Source of the DNA: Balanoglossus misakiensis
Lineage: Eukaryota > Animalia > Hemichordata
Length of the DNA stretch: 64,000 nucleotides
Assembly (NCBI GenBank): GCA_040954595.2
Contig: CM082576.2
Location: 12,899,129 to 12,963,128 of the forward strand
Reading direction: 5' to 3'
Positions 54,601 through 64,000 of the stretch are shown piece by piece. Made by a program: the position numbers and the translations under genes. How positions within the stretch are numbered: the first letter of the stretch is position 1; every line of letters begins with the position of its first letter. Under the pieces are notes generated by a model, which worked only from the letters and a program-made list of their open reading frames with translations, was not told the DNA's origin and searched no databases.

Positions 54601-57600
54601 TAGTGAACACTGTTTTTGTCGCGTACCCAAGCTGTGAATGCATCGCAAAACCATTTCCAAAGACAAAAACGACCACGCGATATTGAGTTTTCAAACGAAG
54701 ATATCGTCGGATTTTTGTACGAACCCGAATACAGCAGCGATGAGATGGTAGGCGACTCAAGTGAAACTGATTCCAATAGTACAGAGGCAAGTGTAGACAG
54801 CAAAGATGACCGAGAAGAGTGATCGGCTTCGTCTTTCATCACGCTCATGCTCATGGTGTAGCTGCGCTGCGGTAAATGCGAAGTTATTTCTACTGTCAAG
54901 GAATGCCGGTGCTGCCATGAAATAGATGTCTTGACAAGGCAGTTAGATAAAGACTTGAATGACATATCACGAAGCCATGCGATAATTTTTGACATTTAGT
55001 CACCCATGTCATAATAGGGACCCTCATGATTTCCCAAAAGAATAGAAAGTAAGCCTATTGTCACTCTCGCGAAAATGTCTACCACACGTGTCTACCATCC
55101 TTTACGTTGATCAACAGCTGTGAAAAGATGCGGCTTTGTTGATCAAAGGGAGGCAGAAACTCCGATTGTCATGTTTCGAGTACATCTGTGGTGCTTCCAG
55201 ATGGTAGAGGTGGTCGTTTTTGTCTTTGGAAATGGTTTTGCGATGCATTCACAGCTTGGGTACGCGACAAAAACAGTGTTCACTAGTAGGCCTATTTCCG
55301 CCACACTACTTTGTTTTGATTTACAGTGCCAAAAATTCGGTTTCGTCATATGGTGATCAAAGGAAATCAGGAGCCCCGGCTGTTTCGACAATTTTTGCTG
55401 TGTAGTTTTTTTTTTTTGCAATATGCTTCACGATATAGGGCCTAGTTGAACACGAACATTTCCGAAGCAAAAGTATCATCTGTCTCAGCAATAAGCACTG
55501 AAATAATATGCCAATGTTTGACACCCATTTTTCAGGTCGATTTGCATTTTGACTGTCCACCGAAGGGTCGGGAACTCTTATAAAACCTTTCACCGTGTTT
55601 TTGCCAACTCTGTTTTTGCTCCCACTTGCGAGGGAGCCAGCCATGTCAACTGTCTGTGTACGTTAGCGTGCGCACGGTGGCGTCTGCTACTGGTGCGTAG
55701 TTGGTGACGTCACACTGCATATCGAGATCGACGCTACGCTGCTGCGCGATAAGTGAAAGTGAATAAAAACGACGCAAATCACTCATGTTTTTCACAAAGA
55801 TTTTATTAGAATCTCTCTACAAGGAAGGTGTCGGTTCACTTTAAAGTTAAAATACTGTATAATTAATGAGTGATTGTGATAAGTATGATTACATTGGTGT
55901 GGTGTAATGATGTGCATGATAAAATATTAAAATACATTTCCATTATCAGTATATGGAGATGGTGTTTATTAATTAGTACATGTGGTTTGCATGGTGTATA
56001 GCTAATACAGGTACAGGTACATGTAAATGTATACGCCAATGTTGCCAAGGGCATATCCCCGTGGGTTACAGCATTCATGCACCTGTTGTACCTGACCTGG
56101 TTGACGCAATTGCATTGAATAAGAAACTGATCAATCAAAGACAACCTTATCATGAGACCATCAGACAGTATATGAATAATCTCACATTTGCAACTTTCAC
56201 TGTGCCCGTTGCACGAATTTGCAGACAAGGAAGCAACCGTGTTGGGTAGTCTTTCGGCGTCTGCAAGTGAGCTAAGCGGTACTCATGCATACATCAGGCA
56301 TTTGCCCAATTGAAAGCTACATTGTACACTCTCACAACCAGTCACAAAGAGAAATGCAGTCAGCTGTTTGATATACAAAATAACAGTGATCTTAAACTCT
56401 AAATACTAAGCACCTTGCTTCTCTTCAGTGCATCCAACAATATTATGTAATCACGGAATCTGGTGGAAAACCCGTTGCTTCTTCAGCAATCACCACTGTG
56501 GTATTTCCATATCCAATGGTTGTACAGCAGGGTAGATACTAGATTATCATTTCCACCATAACGTTACTACCAGGCTAATCAAATCAGTCTGTACTCTGCA
56601 AAATCCTTTGGTGATAAAAAAAATTTCTCTGATATTAATATTAAGATACTATGCCTGTATGATATGACAACACATTTTTATGTATATCAAAATACTTTAT
56701 ATTAAAGCCTGGAACATCTCTTAAGTCAAAATTGTCTCAGTTTTATAGGGTATTGTCATAAACTGTCGATCAACTGGCACGATTATAATAAAACATTAAA
56801 AAAATATGGATGATGAAATACATGTAACCATCATGTTCAATGCATGAAAAATATTTGGCCAGTTTGGTTCAAATGCTTTCATATTGGTGATATGTAAATG
56901 GCTTACCATATGGAGTGTGGCATGAGAACATTGTGTGTGTCTAATAATATGTCACATTTATATGTGTGAAACCCAGACAAATACTATAAATATAATGTTA
57001 TCAATAGAAAGGGACAATTATTATGGTAGTAAAAGTTGTTTTCACATGTGATGATCAACATACGGTACTTTTGGACCATTATGAATTTTCCTTCGTTCTT
57101 ATTTCTTGCAGGAGATCGTATCGGACCCACATCTATTTGTTGGTGGTGCCAGCCGATTTGATGTTGCCCAGGGAGAGCTTGGTAAGTTATGCATCAATCA
57201 AACAGTGTGACCTAAATCAAACAGGTACACATGTGCAGTGTTTTATATTTACAGGCAGTCTCAGATCTTGTGGGGGCAAGATGAATAAAGTACATGTACC
57301 TGTAAACCATCACATGAAACGTATTGCACAGTTAGAGTGACACTGCAAGCAACATGTAAATAGGCCACTCTCATGACCCCTGAGTGACCTTTCATCCTGG
57401 CGATTTGTTGGTATCTATAACATCATTTCTCACTACATATGCATGTAGATTCATCCATTTGTAACAGACAAAATTACCAATTTTTTGTTCTGGGGTGAGC
57501 AAGTTCGATAGTAGCGTTGACTGTTCGAGAGTTTAATCTCAAAATGATAATCATACCAGCAAATTGCCAATATGTTAATTTCATATAGGGTCATGAAAGT

Positions 57601-60600
57601 GGCCTTAGATTGCATGCCAATAATGCCGTTTAAAAATGATTTAATTAGCAAGACCCAAGGTGCCATCATACAATGTTTGATCGAGGATGCGGGAAAACTC
57701 GATGTGTACAACTTTGCTAACCATTCCCATCCATCAAAACATTGGAAGGGATTCATGGAAAAGTGAGAGGATTTTGAATATGCAATAATTTCAAGGTCCC
57801 CAGAACAATTCCAAACACCCTTCAAGTTGCTGTGAAGGTGCAGGTGACATTTGTTTGAAACAGGGAGATCGGTTTGGTTTTGGTCATCACAGAAATAACA
57901 ACAAGACAAGAACATGTGCAATTCATAACATGTACATGCATTATTATTAGAGTGTACTTTAAAGCCAGGAATAGATGCAAGGATGGTTGAATGCTGAAAC
58001 TCTCGTCAAGCACTTTAATGAGTTTGCAACGTGTCTCTATGCAGCAAATGAACATTAAAGCTCTCATGATTGATTGAGAATGCATGCATCTGTCTGTGTC
58101 TTGTTCATGGCTGATGTATGGCATAATAGAAATTCAGATGGGATGAAAACCATAAGGTTATCAACCATTTCATCCTCGTACACGTGCCATGTCCATCCTA
58201 CCACACAAGTGTTAGTGACTGGGGTCATGTTGTACCAGATAGCAATGATGAGTCATTGCAAGGGTTAAAGGGGCAATTGACAGTCACAACTTTTTATTTT
58301 TAGTCCCCACTGGAAGATGCCAGAACACGGAAAATTGTAGTGTACATTCCGTGCATATTTGTGCATCTAATTTGATTAATTCCATGCCCGGAACCTGTGT
58401 TTTAAGCTTGACACAAGAACCATAATGGGTGCCAGTTTATTTTCAGCATTTAGGGTATGACTTGCCATTAGCCATTATTTTATTTTCATAATCATTGTCC
58501 AGGACTGAATAGCTTCCCGTATGCAACTTAAGTTATCATATGGTACATGTATGTCAGATGTTTTAAAAAAGACATTCGCAGCTGTTGAGATCAAGCCAGT
58601 CCCAGATTTTAGCAGGTTGGCCACATGAAAAGAGTGCTGCCAAATGGTCATTCAAATACATGTACTTAGACATGGCCTTTTAACCACATATGTAAATTTT
58701 ATACCTTTTAAACCACACACATAAAAAATACATTAAATATTGTTGCTCATACATTTTAATATCTTCTTCTACCTTCCCAGGTGATTGCTGGTTCCTGGCA
58801 GCCATCGCTTCCTTGTCGATGCAGGAGAAGTTGATGTACCGTGTCATACCACCAGATCAGAGTTTCTCCAAGGACTATGCCGGCATCGTTTACTTTCAGT
58901 TCTGGAGGTTTGGCAAGTGGGTTACAGTCTGCGTTGATGACAGGTTGCCGACGTACAACGGACGACTGTGCTTCCTCCATTCCAAGGAAAACAATGAATT
59001 CTGGAGTGCTTTACTGGAGAAAGCTTATGCCAAGTAAGATTGTATGGTTTAAGTTATAGTGTTTGTATCTGTAGAATACTTAATTTTCACTAGGATTTCA
59101 CTATTTTCAGTGAATTCGTTTTCCGCTAAAATAAAATCCAATCTATATTTTGTACATAAGTTGAAAAGAAAATCTCAGTAATGTTCAAAATTTATGTTTT
59201 AAATAAATTCCTGTGAAAATAATGTATTGCAAAGTATTTTTCTGGAATTGCTACCATTTAAAAAAAAAAATAAAACATGGTTGTTGGTGTAGCTAAGCTG
59301 TGAACTGGAATGTCAAACCTTAAAAGTAGGCAGTGGAAGTCGACAAAGGAGTAAACAAATCTTGGGCAGGTGTTGGGGCTAGGTGTGTAGCAAATGTGCT
59401 GCTTCAGGTTATAAGATGGTGTTAAAGGGACAAAGTCTCTCTCTCGCTGCCCTTTTTCCATTAATTATTTTTGATACAAGACACTATTTAGGTTATTCTA
59501 CATGTGCATATATAGTGAATCAACGTTCAACCACACACGACTTCCATCCCGTTTGTAGGATATGAGAGTAAAAATCCCGCCAAAATGAATAAATGGTAAA
59601 CACCGATTATTCATTTTGGCGAGGTTTTCACTCTCGTGTCTACAAGTGGGATGGAAGTTGTGTTGTTGAACGACGATTCACTATATATCCACATGTAGAA
59701 TAACATAAACGGTGTCTTGTACAAACATAATTAATGGAAAAGGGGCAGCGAGAGAGAAACTTTGTCCCTTTAAAAAAAGTATTTAACAATAAGTTACCTT
59801 GTCAAGCGAAATTTACTCTGTGAATCTAATGAGCGAGAAAAAAATAAAAGTTCGTTTGAATATTCCAATTGCCCTGTTGTGCTTCATATTATATGACTCT
59901 CTGCATCCTGACATTTGCATAGTTATTGGACTTTATACTAAGAGTTATTGAACTGTAACAAATAGCACTCTGTTAGGTTACAGTTACAGGTGTATACATG
60001 TATAATGATATCAATGATGTTGACTTTCAGAATGCATGGTTCCTATGAAGCCCTCAAAGGTGGCACCACTGTGGAGGCCATGGAGGATTTCACGGGCGGC
60101 TGTGCCGAAACCTACGACTTGAGAGGCAAGCAACCCAAGAACCTCTTCAGCATCCTCAAGATCGGAATGGACAAGTGTTCCCTGTTAGGCTGTTCCATCA
60201 ATGCCGACCCCAGACAAGTCGAGGCCAAATTGGACAATGGACTGATCATGGGCCATGCCTACAGTATCACTGGTCTCAAGAAGGTACAACATTTGAGTCT
60301 TTGCTTTTCTACCACAGTGTTAAGTCAGTGTATGTGTGTGTATCTACTTGAACCACCGGAACATGTTCAGTTCACATCATATTATCTGACTATCAAACAC
60401 ACTGCCTGTTAATGAAATACTTGTACCCCATCATTGAACTTGGCAATACAATCTCAAAGTGTGTCACTTGCCTTGCAATTGAATTCTGTAGGAACCATCA
60501 TTGATCAGAAAGTCAACACAAAATACCACTGCAAATGTACAATGTACATTCTGCAGAGCAAAAAGAGAGAGAAAAGAGGTTACAGTTACTTCCTTTGTAA

Positions 60601-63390
60601 TTAAAGTGAAAGTCAAACTTGAATGTTTCTTTTTGAATTTCAAAGTGTAATAAAGCACCTTTAATGTGAAACCGTTAATGATACAGTCATTTCTTTTTTT
60701 CCGATCAGGTGACAGTGAACACCAGACGAGGTTCTCTGCCCATTTGCTTGGTGCGTGTGCGTAACCCATGGGGACAGGTGGAGTGGAATGGGGCATGGAG
60801 TGACAAGTAAGTGCATATTGTAGAGATTCGTGTGCGTGGTTTTATGTATGAGTGTGCTCTGATGATAATTTTGGTTGGGTTATCACGCCAAAGGCTAACA
60901 ATTTTACAGATTTTTGTTTACCTTTATATTCAAGTCATTTTGTAAGAATTCATATCACACCCTGGTTATGGGCTAAGTGTTTAATACTCTCATGGATAAC
61001 TTTTGACTGAGTGTAATGTCAGGGGGATTTATACCTCTACAAGAGATGTGAGTGCACAGTGCCAATTCAGTGAGTTCAGTACATGCATGACATTTTGTCA
61101 AAGAAAAGCACAACTTCTCAAACAAGACACAAACACACAGAAGATGATTCCCCCCTGAAAGCCCACTGAATTCTTGGGAGTGGGCTGCATTTAAACAGTA
61201 TTTTATCTTTAGAAAATTACAAGTATGTACGCCCCTAATGCATTTCTGTACACACATTTTTTTCTGCAGTGCTGGTGAGTGGGACTACATTACAGCACAG
61301 GAACGCGAGGAACTCGGCCTGGTGTCTCAGGATGATGGAGAGTTTTGGTAAGACATTCTTTATACCAGTTTTAGCTCCCATTTGCCATTGTGTATGTCCT
61401 TCACACAGTAAGGGTTGAACCATTTGATATCCTGGGAGGGGCTAAGCAAATTGATTTCAGGGTGGATATTTTTGTAACCACGTCATTCATGCTTGCATGT
61501 ATAAGATTTCCTATGACAATATAATTGCTGCTACTTTTGTCTTATTAGACTGAGAATCTTGTGCAAGTCACTTTGCATCCTGGCATACGTAAAATTTTCC
61601 ATTTCGTTTCACAAAGTCAAAGTTTCCGTCTGTTTTGTCTTTTGCATTTTCAGGATGCAGTGGGAAGACTTTGTGAAGGAGTTCGAACGTGTTGAAATTG
61701 TGAACTTGACCCCTGATGATCTGACAAATGAAATTACCAAAGGAAAGAATTGGGTGACAGCTTCGTCGGACTTGAGATGGCAGAGGGGAATGTCAGCTGG
61801 TGGATGTCGTAATTTCCCTGGTAATTTCTTTGATTCGAGTAGTCGCTTCTAAGTAAGGCAGTAGAGTTGAGTCGAAAAAGTTTGAAAAGTATTTAAAGGG
61901 ACAAAGTTGTTTCTCTCGCTGCCCTGTTTCCATTTATTATGTTTGATACAAGACACCGTTTATGTTATTCTACACGTGGATATATAGTGAATCAACTGAC
62001 GTTCGACCACACTCAACTTCCATCCCGTTTGTAGGATATGAGAGTAAATATCTCGCCAAAATGAATAAACGGTAGAAACCGATTATTCATTTTGGCGAGT
62101 TTTGCCCCTTTAATATTTTAGTGATTTTGGGTATGCATAAAAATAAATGAACTGTCTCTCTTGTTTTCTGTAACAGGGTGTAGCTAACAGAGTGAATTTT
62201 AATGCTGTGAACCGATGTCGGTTTTAGAAATCTCCCTTGGTCTCTCAGATTGGACAGTAAAATATGGCGAGCAAAGACACGTGAAAGAATTTAGTGACAC
62301 TTAAATGCAGGTGTACCCATGTATGTATAAATGCGGTGGGGAAGCTGTAATGGTAATGTCTGCTTTTTTGTACCCACTAGATACGTTCCACATCAATCCA
62401 CAAGTTAAAGTGGTCTTGGAGGAAGAAGATGATGACGATCCAGATGATGATGATGAAGGATGCAGCTGTGTGGTTGCCGTCATGCAGAAGGATCGGCGAC
62501 GTCAGCGAAAGCTGGGCAAGGAGATGTTGACCATCGGCTTTGCAATTTATAAGGTAAGTGCATGACTGTAGCCAATTGAATGCAATCGTAAGTTTGCCAT
62601 CACTTATTGGTAAGTGACTGTATAGGTCAATTGAATGGTAAGTTTGCCAATATTGTAGTCACACTTGAAGATGAATATTCATGTGAAGACCTTAATGCAA
62701 AGAATTCAAAATAGGAAATCAGCCTTGTGTGTTTGTGTGCTTGTTTCGACACATTCAGTTCACTATTTGTCTTGGGTCAGATTAATGGCTCACAAGGAGC
62801 CTGAACCCTTTAATCCTGTGTCGAGACAAGCATACATTGTCTGTGTAGTCTCAGTATGTGAGGATGGCCATTGTAATTTTGCCCCAATCACACTTTTCTG
62901 ACCAAATCTCTCACTTCTCTGGTTCAGATTGAGGAGAATACACCAACACCATTGCCCAAGGATTACTTCCTGTACAATGCTTCCAAGGCACGATCCAACA
63001 CCTTCATCAACGCCCGTGAAATAACTGGCCGCTTCAAGCTGCCAAAGGGCCAATACGTCGTCGTGCCATCGACCTTTGACCCCAATGAGGAGGGAGACTT
63101 TTTAGTGAGGGTGTTCTCCGTGAAAGAAAGCAAGGCAGAGTAAGTATTGGGAAATTCATGACAAAAAAAAATTTTTTTCGGAGAGTTTTGGTGTAATCAG
63201 ATCCCAGATACTGATTCTTCTGAATGTACTGCAGGTAAATAGCTGGGCCAGTTGCAAATGTACGCACCATCCTATCGATAACTTCTGGTATGCCTCTCAT
63301 GTAAGATACATACCCCTTGACTAAATTTTTTGACTTTTTGTTTTCAGAGATGTTGATGAAAAGACCGGCGTAGTTGATGTAACTCCCGAG
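39624..63390 (+). CDS. CAPN: Calpain (CysPc protease core + CBSW/C2-like domain III; classical calpain-like), continues beyond the window
   Basis: Exons 39624-39791, 57112-57181, 58781-59033, 60031-60283, 60709-60806, 61270-61347, 61654-61820, 62381-62553, 62928-63139, 63348-63390, all GT-AG and phase-consistent. The next acceptor probably ends at 63995. The catalytic triad is intact: [24 protein letters not shown]. Domain III motifs SAGGCRN, acidic loop [35 protein letters not shown]. Confidence 0.96.
39924..40030. repeat. Small inverted-repeat (MITE-like) element in calpain intron
   Basis: Outer GTTCTACCTC/GAGGTAGAAC and inner GTGATTGGCT/AGCCAATCAC inverted pairs. Confidence 0.5.
43364..43446. 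mobile_element. 85-bp mini-MITE family copy
   Basis: CCCTTTCACCACCATGG...TTTTCTATGGTAAG...GGGGGTGAAAGGG, matching 9202-9286. Confidence 0.75.
45813..45985. repeat. 44-bp minisatellite, ~4 units
   Basis: Unit GTTAGGTTTACATCAGATCAGACAATTCATATCAGCCAATCATA, head-to-tail with no spacers. Confidence 0.92.
47670..47802. mobile_element. Diverged right half of the AGGGACAAAG MITE family
   Basis: ...GTGTCTTGTATCAAACATAATTAATG...GAGAGCGACTTTGTCCCT|TTAA, matching the right arm of 59426-59769. Confidence 0.7.
48311..48919. mobile_element. 609-bp TTAA-flanked foldback MITE (Kolobok-like ends)
   Basis: TTAA|AGGGGAAATCCG...CGGATTTCCCCT|TTAA, with >200-bp near-identical inverted arms. The ORF track shows the same peptide on both strands. 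Confidence 0.9.
49855..50040. repeat. Degenerate (TTCA)n microsatellite
   Basis: Interrupted TTCA/CTCA arrays. Confidence 0.85.
50858..51039. mobile_element. Pogo/Tigger-like MITE remnant
   Basis: AGTAAAACCTGTCTAAACC ... GTTCAGATAAGACAAGTTTTACTG|TA, imperfect TIRs. Confidence 0.6.
53004..53092. mobile_element. Diverged 85-bp mini-MITE family copy
   Basis: ACCACCATGGTTTGGACCAAACCCATTGTTTTCTATGG...GGGGGTGGAAAGGG. Confidence 0.65.
54031..55840. mobile_element. 1.8-kb non-autonomous foldback DNA transposon (TTAA TSD, Kolobok-like), with THAP-like remnant in TIRs and P2X7-C-terminal/nanor-like Cys-rich remnant in spacer
   Basis: TTAA|AGTGAACCGACACC...GGTGTCGGTTCACT|TTAA. Arms 54031-54676 and 55210-55840 are near-identical. 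Arm peptide: [29 protein letters not shown]. Spacer peptides: [12 protein letters not shown] and [24 protein letters not shown] (frameshifted by a 5-nt duplication). Confidence 0.88.
59426..59769. mobile_element. 344-bp TTAA-flanked palindromic MITE
   Basis: TTAA|AGGGACAAAG...CTTTGTCCCT|TTAA. The whole element folds back around CGCCAAAATGAATAA/TTATTCATTTTGGCG. Confidence 0.9.
61897..62109. mobile_element. Internally deleted copy of the 59426-59769 MITE
   Basis: The left arm and central palindrome are retained, then the sequence jumps to TTTTGCCCCT|TTAA. TTAA is present on both sides. Confidence 0.85.
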
Positions 63391-64000
63391 GTATGCCAGA
63401 TTTATTCAATCACTATTAAATTTCACCATTTAAACAGTGACATAGATGCAGAATTCATGTATATGCCATCTTAGCAATCTAGTGGAGGTCAGAGGTCAGG
63501 CTGCCATTATGTCTGGACCGTTTTGTGGAATGAGTCTTGAGTCCTGAATGTGATGGGATGTTGTGTAGATTTTGAACGGATGATTTGCTTTTGTGTACGT
63601 GTGATGATAGGTTGAACTCAAAATTGATGTTGAGTTGTTGGTATTTAAGTTGTTAATGTGTAGAGAACTGTTTGAAGATGTTTGAAGGTGTCTAACATAG
63701 CAACATAATATGTTTTCACCAAATGATTTTTTCCTCGTGAGTGTATTTCAACCAGTGGGACATACTTTTTTACTCGGCATTCGAGATTGCATCTTTTTTT
63801 TGGGGGGGGGGGGATGTGCAGTGCACAGCAAACAATTTTTGTCTCCACTATTTGACTGCAGGTGTAGCATTTTTAGGTGTATTTTTGCTGATTTGCTCAG
63901 TTCATCTGATTTCAGGAAATCAGGAATTGTTTGTAGAACCTTGTAGCACTGTGTTGCTAAGTTGACAATGGAGCTTGTGTTTTCTGTTTTAACAGCATTT

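Noticed and set aside
57572-57850. Coding-looking patch in calpain intron 2 (..GHESG.., [12 protein letters not shown]), possibly a decayed transposase
   Set aside because: The similarity is too weak to name by eye and the frame is interrupted by stops; it needs a BLASTX/HMM search.

Overview
This is eukaryotic genomic DNA from an invertebrate animal, with AT-rich introns and GT-AG splicing. The species cannot be fixed from the sequence. I reconstructed the gene models exon by exon and checked the phases. From left to right: the first three exons of PACS (minus strand, runs off the left edge); a complete 7-exon YIF1 (minus) head-to-head with a complete 6-exon EXOSC5/Rrp46 (plus), which contains a U12-type intron; two tandem, GC/CpG-rich, two-exon GH1 (lactase/klotho-family) beta-glucosidases (minus) with unusual predicted membrane topology; a decayed Gypsy pol plus 3' LTR; a decayed three-exon remnant of a GH31 glucosidase II alpha (GANAB/GANC-like) gene bracketed by two ~250-bp direct repeats; and a calpain (plus, 10 coding exons, 17.3-kb first coding intron, runs off the right edge). 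Introns carry many MITEs. The most notable items are: (1) a 1.8-kb TTAA-flanked foldback element with THAP-like remnants in both ~640-bp arms and a P2X7-ballast/nanor-like Cys-rich remnant in the spacer; (2) about 40 copies of TACATGTA that look like Tc1/mariner excision footprints, one sitting as an apparent 6-bp insertion in the Gypsy pol; (3) GH1 enzymes with an N-terminal signal-anchor, one of which also has a GPI-like tail; (4) a GH31 relic next to calpain that echoes vertebrate GANC-CAPN3 linkage. All family assignments come from motif recognition by eye; no searches were run.
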